This document shows, in pieces, positions 11,969 to 24,421 of a DNA stretch of 64,000 bases. Position numbers and translations under genes: made by a program. The stretch's first letter is position 1; each line of letters starts with the position of its first letter. This stretch comes from Geosiphon pyriformis uo1 (taxonomy: Eukaryota > Fungi > Glomeromycota). Below the pieces are notes generated by a model. That model was not told the origin of the DNA, searched no databases, and saw only the letters and a program-made list of their open reading frames with translations. The DNA is taken from NCBI GenBank assembly GCA_016748015.1, contig JAAOMT010000512.1, positions 840,719 to 904,718 on the forward strand, read 5' to 3'.

Positions 11969-14900
11969 TGTTACAGGTGACTACTTTTGGTGTTGGATTA
12001 AATAATAAACCTGTAACTTGGTGCTCAAAAGCTCTTTCTGTTAATGATGTTCCAAAAGTGTGATATCTGAAGGTTTTGATGGAGTTTTTTGTATAATAGA
12101 CAGAGATTTAATAGTAATGGTGTTCATGTGTTTAGTTTGTTTCCCAATTTCTTTCTCAGCTTGGTGGCCAGATTTATTCTGGCAGTTGTGCCTTTTTGGT
12201 AAGCTAACTGATAATATATATATAAATCTACCCTTATTTCTGGGTCTTTTACCAGACTATCTGTGATGTCAATAACTTAGTGCTTTTACTTCTCAATTAA
12301 TTAGTATGCACAACAATAAAATCAAAGCAAGAAAATAAAGAAAAGAAAAGAAAATAAAGAAAAAAATAAGCCAAGGTGAGTTGCAAGTTAGTATTTTGTC
12401 AATAACCATGATCAAGAGCTATTGTTCCAATGTGGTTAAGTGCCAATTACTATCAACATGAAGTGTTAATAGTGGAAATAGATTTAAGATAACCAATAGT
12501 TATTTATTAGATGATTGTGATTTGGAGAGTTGCTTAGATTAAATCTAAACTAAGAGGTCCCTTTTTCCTGCTTCTAATACTTTCGCTATATATACATAAT
12601 TGAGATTCCTCAATTCCTTGATTTTTCATGACAGAAATCCTGCAATTCCTGGAATCCTGCAATTCTTTTGAGAGGAATCCTGAAATTCTGGAATTCTGCG
12701 ATTTCTCATTGAAGAATCCTAAAATTCCTGGAATCCTGCAATTCCTGAGAAAAATCCTGCAATTCCACATTTATTACATCTACTTTTGATTGGCTAATAA
12801 TCATGTTAATATATTTCCTATATTTTTATGAGTAACATTATTTCCTCTTTTTAATATTGAGCTCTGTCAAAATCCAACTCGTTTAATTCCCCCTCTTGAA
12901 GTATTTCCTGGATTTTGTTTTTGAGAATTACTTGTGTTATTTGAGTCTGTAATTTTTCAAATTGAGCATTGGTAATCTTTTCTAATTGATTACTGGTAAC
13001 CATATCCATTGCTTTGTTGAGTAATATTTCTGGTCTATCCTGAAATGCTGTGTGTATATGGTATATAGCTCGAGCTTGTGTGGATAAGTTGTTTTTCTCC
13101 ACAAAATGTTCTAGTTGTTGTAGTATTGTTGTGTCGAATAACCGCTTTGTTTTATCCATATATAAGTTTTGGATATTCACATGTTGTCCCAAGTAAAAAT
13201 AACAATAGTTTCTTGGAAATTGTTGTATCCACCAATTCCAAGTTTCCTTAGTCAACTCTTGATATATTGACTCTTTTGTCAATTCTTTTATTGCCAATTT
13301 TACTTTTGCCATGATTTTGTCGATGGTATTTTCTGGTTTTTTCTGTCTTCTGTGCTGTAATGTCTTTCTGGTGTCTTGATATCGAATGGTTTGTTGATTG
13401 ATTGTAATTTCCATTTCTTGGTGTTAGATCAATTGAAAAAGTTGTTGTGCTAGTGAGTAAATGTTGTCTGTAATCTCCATTTTTCTGATATTTCCTATCA
13501 CATCCACCATGTCTTTATATATTCTTTTAATGGATCAATTTAATGTGTTGTTGTCAATAATAATGATTGGTTCCAGATCTCATGGAATCTCATCTGATTG
13601 GACTAGTATTCTCTGTACTTCTAATTGTGGAATATTACTGGTGGATAGTAGTATGGTGTTGTGGTGTAGTTTCAGTCAATCTTCATGTGCTGCTTTGGTT
13701 AAGATTTTGTTATCCTGTCTTAATTTGTAAGCTCCATTTCCTAGAATTTCTTCTATGTGAAATGGTCCATCTCATTTGGGTCAAATTTTCCACTCCATTG
13801 TTTTTCCACTTTGGTATGATGTAAGAGTACTTTGTCTCCAATCTTGAATTCAACTGGTTTGTCTAGTAGTTGACTATTGTGTCTTTCTTTCTGTTTTTCT
13901 TGTGACTTTTGAATATTATCAGCTGCTTTTCTTCATTTGTTTTCCAATGTTTCTATTAAGTTATATGTTTTTCTCAGCAATGTTTCTTGAAAATTCTCTT
14001 CTGTTATTGGTTCAGCTAGATATGTATTAATTTCTCTCTCTACTGGTAACATTGCTTGTTAATTGGTTTCTGAATTGTTGGAAGTGGCGTCTTCTGGGGT
14101 AACCAGAAGACTTAAATAGTTTTGGAAATTTGGGTTTTGGGTGGGACCAATATCCAAATTCCGAATGTGTGATCCAGCTGGTTGATGAGAGGAATTGGAG
14201 ATCAGTTAGTGGACAACTATTGTTGATCTCCAGTTTTGAATGATTCTAAGTCTTGGGTTTCTCAATGTCCTAGTAGCTGAGTTTTGGGGTGGTGTTTGAA
14301 TTTGTTGGAGTTGATAGATTACTTGAGGTGGTGGCTGATAGATTACTTGTGGCTACAGTAAATAAATTGTTGGGTTTTGATAAACTGGAGGTTGATATAC
14401 CAGTGATTGATAGATTGGTTGCTACATTATTGGTAGATAAGTGGTTTGATATTGTGTTGAGTTTGATTGATAATTCAAAGTTGAGAACTGGTGATCAGGG
14501 TCTCAATATTGATTTCTTAGTTATTGGTTATTTAAATGCTGGCAGCAGTTGATTTGAATATGTTCTTGTTTATCACAATAGTGGTAGATATGCATTTCCT
14601 GTTGCCACTGTTGATTGGCCAATAAAGATGGACATGGTTGATTTTGGGTATGATTAGAGTTTCCTTGATTATTGCATCATTGTGGAGACTGATAAATGGC
14701 GTGATTGTTAGCTAAGTATTCTTCCAATCTCTTATTAATTGATTTACTGAACTTTTCTAATTTGGAATCCAATTCAAATGATCTGTTTATTACTAAATTA
14801 ATAGCTTGGACGTGGTTGGCCTTTGACTCAGCAGATTCAAAATCTCTGGTGTGTGTAACTGCATCTTGAAGTGTGCCTGGATGCAACGGATGTACATGTT

Positions 14901-17196
14901 GCAAGATACTGTTGCACAGGCTATGGATAAACTGGTTGAGAATCTGTGGTGCTGTGAAATAGTTGGCATCAATTGCTTGAATTTGGTGCAAATTTTGATG
15001 AAAGCATCCCAGGTAAGTAGTAACTGCTTCAGTTTCTTCTTGTTTCATGGTAGTAAATATATTGACTAGACAATTGATGCTGTTATTGTTGCTGAAGTAT
15101 CTTAGGAATTCCACTTTAAAGGCATTGAAATCTTGTGGTTTATTAATCAAGCTCTGATACTATGAATTGGTGGTATCCTTGAAAAAGTAGGGAATGGCTT
15201 GCATTGCTTGGGCATTATTCTATCCGTTGGCTGCAATGGCCTTTTCTATATTATTCAGCCATACTTGAGTGTCGTCCTCTTCGCTGGTAAAGTTGTCAAG
15301 TTTCACAATTGGTGCATAGGTCATTGGATCTAAGTTGGGTTGTTAGGATGGCTATTGAAGTGGTTGTTGTTGTACTGGTTGTTGGAGTGGTAGTTGGAGT
15401 GGCTGCTATCTGGATTTGGCTATTGGATTAATTGGCAGTTGATCAATGGCAATTACCAAAGGTAAGTTTTGCTGATTAATTAATTCAGGGTTTGGATTGT
15501 TCTGCCTTTGATGATTTGGAGTTTCGATTTCCGAATTTTCTAGATTTAGATTTTGCTGAGTTTAAAGATTTGGGGTTTCAACTTCCAGGTTTTCAGTGAT
15601 TAGATGCTGGTAAGTGAATTCTTGATCCTCTGATTTTTCTTCCTCTTTTTCTGATTCTGTTACTTTCCATGGATCAGAAATTCCAAAATCTGGTAGAAGC
15701 GGTAGTAATCAAAGTCCTAATGAAGTTGGTAATTACGAATTAAATTTCTCAAAGTATTTGTCATATGGTTCTAATAATTCTGTTTTCTTTTGTCTACTTT
15801 GGAATGGGAATCGTCCAAATGCTAATATCACAGTTGATGAGGATGCGTCTGTTGATGATATGTTGATGGCACTTCTGGGTGTATAATGGTAGGATGAGTT
15901 GCTTGGGGATTCAATTCTGTTTTTCTTCCAAGTAGATGGTTGTATCTTTCTGGGTGTTACTGCTGGTGTTTGTAGTTTTTCTTTGCCTTTATTAGTGTAT
16001 GTAATCAAATATCTTTGTTGGGTGTGATGTTCAATTTCTTTGTTGATCTCAGTGATGATAGATGCAAAATTATGATTTGTTGGTAGGTTGGTGTTTTGAA
16101 TTAATTCTCTATAGAAGATTTCTCTTGCTAATTCAGTATTCACTGGTGTTCCTAACAAAGAGGAAATTTTTTTGTTGACGTAAAAATTGAAGACTAATTT
16201 GGTGGATATATGATTGTGGTTTAATCCCAAGTATTGACAATAGTGTTGAAATAAGGATTTTGCGAATCCTAAATGGTTTGCTCCTATATTTTCTGATTCT
16301 GCCACTTTTGGATGGTGTTTGTTGGTGCTGGTTCTCTGTAAGATTATACCTCACAGGGAGCACCAAATGTTACAGATGACTACTTCTGGTGTTGGATTAA
16401 ATAATAAACCTGTAACTTGGTGCTCAAAAGCTCTTTCCATTGATGATGTTCCGAAAGTGTGATATCTGAAGATTTTGATGGAGTCTTTTGTATAATGGAC
16501 AGAGATTCAATAGTGATGGTGTTTGTGTGTTCAGTTTGTTTCCCAATTTTTTTCTCAGCTTGGTGGCCAGATTTATTCTGGCAGTCATGTCCTTTTGGTA
16601 AGCTAACTGATAATATATATATAAATCTACCCTTATTTCTGGATTTTTTACCAGGCTATCCGTGATGTCAATAACTCAGCACTTTTACTCCTCAATTAAT
16701 TAGTATGTACAACAATAAAATCAAAGCAAGAAAATAAAGAAAAAAAAAGAAAATAAAGAAAAAAATAAGCCAAGGCAAGTTGCAAGTTAATATTTTGTTA
16801 ATAGCTATGATCAAGAGCTATTGTTTCAGTGTGATTAAGTGCCAATTACTATCAACATGAAATGTTGATAGTGGAAATAGATTTGAGATAACCAATAGTT
16901 ATTTATTAGATGATTGTGATTTGGAGAGTTGCTTAGATTAAATCTAAACTGGGAGGTCCCTTTTTCCTGTTTCTAATACTCTTGCTATATATACATAATT
17001 AAAATTCCTCAATTCCTTGATTTTTCATGACAAAAATTCTGAAATTCTGGAATCCTGTGATTCCTTGTCGGGGAATCCTGAAATTTCTGGAATTCTGCAA
17101 TTCCTAAGAGGAATCCTGGAATTTCACATTTACTATATCTACTTCTAATTGGCTAATAATCATGCTAATATATTTCCTATATTTCTATGAGTAACA
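11969..17196 (-). mobile_element. Gypsy element D (relative of C), internally deleted, nested in the RNase H of C
   Basis: LTRs 11969-12837 and 16368-17196; TSD GTGT/GTAT; PBS TGGTGCTCCCTGTGAGG. Gag is joined at ~14060 to the IN C-terminus; PR, dUTPase, RT and RH are missing. Confidence 0.93.
12851..13414 (-). CDS. ORF3 of D: intact 187-aa accessory protein of unknown function
   Basis: Open from ATG to a TAA next to the PPT; homologous segments in A (43233-43733), B (46994-47662) and C. Confidence 0.65.
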   Translation of the reverse strand: MEITINQQTIRYQDTRKTLQHRRQKKPENTIDKIMAKVKLAIKELTKESIYQELTKETWNWWIQQFPRNYCYFYLGQHVNIQNLYMDKTKRLFDTTILQQLEHFVEKNNLSTQARAIYHIHTAFQDRPEILLNKAMDMVTSNQLEKITNAQFEKLQTQITQVILKNKIQEILQEGELNELDFDRAQY

Positions 17197-18749
17197 GTAT
17201 ACACTATTGGATGTTCTCATCTGTCTGGTTCTTTCTGAGATAATACTGCTTCCAATGCTTGACCAGATGTATCAGTTGTGATTATGAATGGCTTGCTATG
17301 ATCCAGATAGATTAGTACTGGAGCTTGAATAAGCTTTCTTCTTAATGTATCAAAAGCTTCTTGCTAAATTTTTGTCTATTCATATTTGGTGTTTTTTGTT
17401 TGAAGTTGGTGTAGTAGTTGAGCTATTTTGAAAAAGTTCTTGATAAAGTGGCAGTAGTATCCAGCAAATCTCAAGAATGCTCTCAATTTTGTAAGATTAT
17501 TTGGTACTGAAAAGTTCTTGACAATCTCAATCTTGTTTGGATCTATTTTGATTCTGTTTTTGCTTATAACATGTCCCAAAAACTTGAGTTCTGTTTTTCC
17601 AAAGAAACATTTGGTTGCATTTAACTTTAATCCAGCTCTTTTTAGTCTTTCAAACACTTGTTGAAAATGATGCAGATGATCATCAAATGTTTTTAAAAAC
17701 ACATTGGGGTCATCCAAATATATGACTACTGATTTTTATAGTAGTTTAGTATAAACAATTTCTATTAGTTGCTGGAAAGTGGCTGGAGCATTCATCAAGC
17801 CAAATGGCATTACTTTAAATTTAAAGTTTCTTTCTCAAGTTGTAAAAGCCATTTTCTCTTTGTCTTCTGGTTTCATGACTACTTGCCAGTAACCACTGTC
17901 TAAGTCTAATGTTGAAAACTATTTCTTTCCTCCAAAAGCATCAAAAAGTTCTTGGATTTTTGGAGTTGGGTAACTGTTTCCTTTTGTTACTCCATTTAGT
18001 TTCCAGTAATTTACACAAAAGCAGATTTTTCTATTCTTCTTATGAATTAGTACTACTAGTAATAACTATGGACTCATTAATAGCTGAATTAGCCCATTGT
18101 CAAGCATCCAATTGATTTCTTGATGAATAATCTTGTGGCTAGCTGGTGATACTCTATATGCTCTCTGTTTAATTAGCATTACATCTTCAGTCTTGATTTG
18201 ATGTTAGATGATGTCAGTTCTGTCAAATTTGTTTTCACTGGCAAAGATGTCATTGAAATTGTTAAGTAATATCTTAAGTTGCATCTGTTGAAGTGAATTT
18301 AAGTTTCCCATGTTTATTTGTTCTAATTGTTTCAGTTGGAGCAAATAACATTTACTTCATCCATAAATTGTTTGTAATGTGATATCGACATATTCACAAA
18401 GTTGTGAAAAGTCTGAAATAGAGTTTGGTGGTTGGTTTTCTATTTCTGTGCTTAGATATTTGATGATAGTTTCTTCTGGTATTTCTACAATATTTTCTGT
18501 GTTGTTGTAGATGGGAATTTTAATGTAATTATAATTCTTGGCTAGTATGTAAAAATTGACAAGTTCAATCTTTTCTGATTCACAAATAGTTGATTTGGCT
18601 TCAAAAATCTGCACTTGATTTTTTACTTTCTTATCTATAGTATACATGTACTGGTCATATGATGAAATGAAAATTGATTGATGGATTAAGATAATTTTTT
18701 CTTTGTTAACAATTTTTTCCTCTGCCATATTAACTGGTACATCTATTCT

Positions 18750-19140
18750 GCTCATGGATCCGAATCTCTGTATCCCTTTAGCTGTAATTCTTAATTTTTC
18801 TCTGTTTTCTACTGATACTAATTGAGCTATTCTTACCAGAAGCAGGAATATTGCTTGTGCTATCTTTTTGTTTGGCTCTATGATATAAGCCTTTTCAGAA
18901 TCATTTTGCAGCATTGCAATAATATTTTCTATATATCCTGCATCAATTATTCCTCCTCTAATGTTAATTCCTTTTTTTGCTAAGCTACTCCTAAATGCTA
19001 GTTGAACTATTGTTGTTGCTAGAATTTCTAATGCTACTTTGAAATCAATGCATGTATGTAAATGTGGTTCTAATTTAATGGCATCTTTCTCTAAATATCT
19101 CAGATCAAACCTGGCATCAGTATTATAAGCATGTTCTAAC
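18750..19140 (-). pseudogene. dUTPase domain in Pol of C
   Basis: AYNTDARFDLRY, RSSLAKKGINIRGGIIDAGY, KIAQAIF and QRFGS correspond to dUTPase motifs 1-5. Confidence 0.9.
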
Positions 19141-20749
19141 ATAATAACCTCATTATTGTCACTAAACCATTTTAATTTCTGCTTCTTGGAGAGATTAGAA
19201 AGTGCAATGTATTGTTTGGGGTTTGAATTGGAGTTTGAATTATTATACTTTTTGTTACCATTTTGAATAGAGCTGGAACTGTTATTTTTGTCATCATTGT
19301 TGTCAGAGTTTGAATTGGAATTGAAAATTGATTCCAATTCTGATGTGCAGCTATTGATTGGTTTTTCCTCTTCTGAAATTGTGTAGATCATGCAAATTGG
19401 TGGATTGTAAATAAGATTACACTTATTACAATATTAAAAGCCACATGAGATCAAACAGTATTGACACAGTCAAATGTTCAGCTGCTCTAAGCATTGCTTT
19501 TGCTCTTCTCTTGTGGGTGCTAGTTCTTGATAGTATTTGTGAAATTGTTCTGGATCCAGGAGATTTATGACTGGTTTTGGGTTCCAGTCAAGTTTTATGG
19601 GCTCTGGTGAGTTGTTTTTGATTTCTCTGATTTTTTTAGGTGATGCTCCTTCTATTTTGGCTATTGCCATTCTCCATATTTTATTGTTGTCATGTGAACA
19701 ACTGTCCAATCACTGTATAACTCTTCTCCAGGCAGCTTCTATTGGTGTCCCTTTCCTAACCCAGTCACTGATGAAGATTGTGTACTGGCATGAAGCATCG
19801 CATGTTTCTCCTTGACCAGAAATGTTGTTCCATATTCTTTTGTCAAGTTATGTTTTTCTACAAGCTAGGCAAGGTTTGTTGTCCCATTTTCCTTGCCATT
19901 TTGGTTATTTAAAGTGTTCTATAACACATGTGTGGTAGTAGAATTTGGTCGCTGTTGAGTATTCCTCATTGTTGCCATAGTATGTGCCCATTGATAACAA
20001 TTTCTTGTCGCAATTAACACATATTAGCTTTGGTCGACAATAGTGGAACTGTAATAGTATGGTATAGATGTATGGTCTATCAGTAGTGTTGGTTGAGACC
20101 ATTTCTTCTTCTTTTGTCTTTCCTTTTTCTTTGTTATTTTTTTCTCATTCTCAAGTTTGTGATAACTTTTAATAGTCACTATTAGCCCACACAGTTTGGT
20201 TGATACTCCAGGTAAGTTCTTCTTTTTGTTTCCCTTTCCTGTTATCTTCCTATGACAATATTGGTGGCAGCTCATTGTGGTCTTCCTCAGCCCATGAGAC
20301 TTAATATGCTTTCCAAGTTAGTTTTGGCTTCTCTTTTTCGACATCAATTAAGGGTGCTGACATGATGTTACTGGGTTTAAAGTGGCCATATGTTGCTGGT
20401 ACTTGTGTGTATTGACTGTTCTAATTTATTTGCAACTCTTGGGTGGTCCAGTTAGGTGTTGCATTGGTTTTGGATAGCCAGTTATTATCAACTAGAGCTT
20501 GGTATTAAGTGGCTTCCATTACCAGAACTTTGATTGGTATTATGATGCCATTGATTTTTATAAAAAGGTTATCTATTTCATCAATTGGAATCTTGGTGGC
20601 TTCATTAGCTGTAATTATTCTTGCATTGGTAGCTTGATCAACTCAGCAACCTAATTGGTCTATGAGCTGTCTTGTAATAATGCTGCCAGTTGATCTACTG
20701 TCTAAGATCAGTTTGATGGAATAGCCATCAATTCTAGCATTAATATACA

Positions 20750-21168
20750 AGCATATGTAATAAAATGATAATTAATTGTACATGTTTTCTCATCTACAGA
20801 ACCAATAAAATTCCAGATGTCATGAACATTCATTCCCATTGACAGAGTATAAAGCAGCATCTTATAGTGATCTCTTATGTCTCATGTTTTCTTGTCTAAA
20901 TCTGATCTAACCACACACACCACATTTTTTCCAATCAAAATAGATCATCTAATTGTGACTAAATTAGCCTGGTTTGATTGGTTAAACTCAATTACAGCCT
21001 TTTGCCATAATTTTACTAACTGCATCTTAATCAATTTAATTATACCAAACTCAGATAGTGCAGCATGCACAGTCTTAGCTAATGTTTCAACCAGAATTTT
21101 CTTTATTACCATGGCCTAATCTGAGCACCCAGAAAAATTTTTGAGATTGGTATTTACCAAGATCTTTA
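20750..21168 (-). mobile_element. Internal LINE ORF1 fragment inserted just upstream of the protease of C
   Basis: Translates to KILVNTNL...EFGIIKLIKMQLVKLWQKAVIEF...WSILIGKN...LLYTLSMG, similar to LINE ORF1 at 44960-45400. It interrupts the ITAMYTDA segment of C. Confidence 0.8.
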
Positions 21169-23594
21169 TGGTGGTGATTGGTTTTTCTTCAAGCATAGCT
21201 CTACTGAATAATGGCATGGATGACAGTTCTTTGAATTCGAACAGGAAGATAGTTGTAAGTGATTTGTTGTTGGTGATGATGGCTGGTGGAATGTTGCTAG
21301 TAAGATTTTTCTGGTTTGTTTCCAAGTTGTTGGATAAGGCATTTTCTGGAATAACTAAGAGACTTAAATAATTCTGGAAACTCGGGTTTTGGTTATATCC
21401 GGTTCCTGAACTCTGCTAGCATAATCCTAAAAATTGGTTGGATGAACTGAGGATTAGTTGGTGAACTATCATCACCAATTTCTAGCTTTGCTGTATTATT
21501 CTTGGCCTGTGAGTTCCATTTTGAGATAAGTTTTGAGATGGTGTTTGAATTTGTTGGGGTTGATAGATTACTGGTGGCTGTGGTTAATATATTATTTGTG
21601 GCTATGGCTGATAAATTGGAGCTTGATATACTGGTGGTTGATAAATTGGCTGCTGCATCATTGGCAGATAAGTGGGTTGATATTAATCTTGATTTGGGTG
21701 ATAGTTTGGGGTCTAAAATCTGCAATTGGGGTTTCTATATTGATTTTCTGATCATGGGTTGTTATAAAAATAGCAGTTGACTTGGATATGGCTTTGTTTA
21801 CCACAGTTGTGGCAGACACGCATCTTAGGCTGCCACAGCTGATTTGATGATAATAGTGAACATGACTGATTTTGGAAACAAGTCACATTTCTTAAATTAT
21901 TGTGTCATTTAATGGCTGATAAATTGCGCAATTGTCAGCTAAATATCCCTCTAATTTTTGATTGATTAAATCACTGAATTGCTTTAATTTGGAATCCAAT
22001 TCAGATAATTCATTTATCACTAGATTAATAGCTTGGGCATGGTTAGCTTTAAGTTTAGCAGCTTTAAAGTCTTTGATATTGTTAACTGCAGCTTGAAGGT
22101 CTGCTAGGTGTAATAGACATACTCATTAGAGGATACTACTGTACAATCCCCTAATAAATTGATTCAAAATTTGTGGTGCTGTAAAATAGTCAGCTTGGAT
22201 TGCCTAAATCTGGTGTAGATTTCTGTGGAAGCATTCTAGGTACATGGTAACAGCTTTAGCTTCTCCTTGTTTGATAGTAATAAAGGTATTGGCTAATTAA
22301 TTAATGCTATTGTTGTTGCTAAAGTATCTTAAAAACTCTGTTTTGAACACATTAAAGGTAACAGACTTGTTGATCAAGCTTTGATATCATGAGTTAGCAG
22401 TATCTTAGAGAAAGTATGGAATGGCTTGCATGGTCCTGTCATTATTCTATCTATTAGCTACAATGGCTTTTTCCATATCATTTAGTTACACTTGGGTGTT
22501 ATCCTCTTTGCCAGTAAATTTTTCAAGTTTTACAATTGGTGTATATGCCATTGGATTTAAGTTGGGTTGTTGTGGTGATTGAAGTGACTGTTGTAATGGT
22601 TGCTGTAGTGGTATTTGTTGCTATTGAATTAGTTCAACTAGTGGCTAATCAATGACAATTACTGGAGATAAGTTTTGCTGATTAATTAACTTGGGGTTTA
22701 AATTGTCCTGATTTGGTGGTGCTTGAATATTCAGAGTTCTGATTTCCAGATTTTCTAAGTTTAAATTTTGCTGAGTTTAAAGGTTCAGGGTTTCAACTTC
22801 CAGGTTTTCTAGAATTGAATTTTGGTAAGTAAATTCTTAATCTTTAGATTTTTTTTCCTCTTCTTTCTGTTCTCTTTCCAATTCTATTATTTCCCAAGGA
22901 TTCGCAGTTCTAAAGTCTGATTGGGATGGTAGAGATCAAAGTCCTGATGGCATTGGTGATCATAACTTAAATCTTTTAAAATACATGCCATATGGTCCTA
23001 AAAGGTCTTTTTTCTTTTGTTTACTCTGAAATAAGAATCATCTAAATATTGATGTTATGGTTGATGTGGACATGTCTGTTGATGAGATGTTGATGGCACT
23101 TCCAGGCATATAGTAGTATGATAAATTTGTTGGTGATTTTATTCTTGTTTTTTTCCAAATTGGTAATTGTATTTCTTTAGGCATTACTGCTGGTGTTTGT
23201 AACCTTTTTTTGCTTTTGTCTACATAGATAATAAGGAATTGTTGTTGAGTGTATCTTTCAATAGTTTGGTTAATTTTCTTGATGATTGGTGCAAAGCTGT
23301 GGTTTCTTGATAAGCTGGTATGTTGAAATAATTCTGTATAAAAGTTTTCTTTTGCTGATTTAATATTAACTGTTCCTTCTAAGCAGTCTGTGATTTTATC
23401 ATTGACATAGAAAATGAAGGCTGATTCCACTGGAAAATAGTTATTGTTTAATCCTAATTGTTGGCTGTACTATTGAAACAAGAATTTGGCGAATTCTAAA
23501 TGGTTTGCTCTTATGTTTTTTGGTTCTATCACTTTTGAATGATTGCTGTTGGTGCTGGTTCTCTGTAGGATTGTACCTCACAAGAAGCACCAAA

Positions 23595-24421
23595 TGTTAC
23601 AAGTGATTATTTGAGATCTCAAAGCAAATAACAAACCTGTAATTTGGTGCTTAATTGATGAATGGTGTTGCTAATATTTTTAAGTTGTTGGTATCTGAAG
23701 GTTTTGTTAATCTGAAGGTTTTTGTATAGAGTTTTTTGTATAATAGACAGAGATTTAATAGTGGTTTTCAGTAGTCTTCTGGAATTGCAATTCTATCAAT
23801 TTTTTTCTTGGCTTGGTGGCTGGCAATTCTCTGGTAAGTAATCCATAATTCTTTTGCATGCTTTACCCAATTTTAAGAGTTTTTTACCAGGCAATCCTTG
23901 ACATCAATAATTCAGTGCTTAACTCTTAATCAATTTAGTAAACAACAAAAGAAATAACAAAATAAAAAATAAAAAAAATAAAGAAATAAGCCAAGGCGAT
24001 TTTACAAGTTAGTATTTTATCAATAGCCATGATCAAGAACTATTGTTCCAGTGTGGTTAAGTATAAATTACTATCAACATGAAGTGTTGATAGTGGAACA
24101 TGAATTGAAATAGTGAATAATTATTTATTAATATTTGTGATGTAAAAGATCGCTTAGATTAAATCTAAATTGAGAAGTCTGTCTTTTCCTACTTCTAATG
24201 CTACTGCTATATATACATAATTGAGATTCCTTAATTTTTCAATTTTTCACACCAGAAATCCTGAAATTCCTGGAATCCTGCAATTTTTTTTGAAAGGAAT
24301 CCTGAAATTCTGGAATCTTGCGATTTTTTTGTATGAGAATCTTGAAATTCCATATTTACTATGGCTACTTCTGATTGGCTAATTTATATGGTAATATGTT
24401 TCTTATATTCTATGAGTAATA
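23595..24421 (-). repeat. 5' LTR of C
   Basis: Adjacent to the PBS; direct repeat of 8724-9583. Confidence 0.92.

Larger units (their letters stand above)
8724..24421 (-). mobile_element. Ty3/Gypsy LTR retrotransposon C: full domain set, pseudogenised
   Basis: LTRs 8724-9583 and 23595-24421; TSD CTGT/CTGT; PBS TGGTGCTTCTTGTGAGG; PPT at ~9584-9598. Order on the minus strand: gag (from GTG 23532), PR ILDSRS (~20700), Cys-rich region, dUTPase (~18750-19140), RT YLDD (~17715), RH (split by D), IN (from 11654), ORF3 (~10145-9598). Confidence 0.93.

Noticed and set aside
12060-12266. Hydrophobic ORF repeated at 16459-16665
   Set aside because: Repeated only because it lies in the two LTRs of D; broken in the related LTRs of C.
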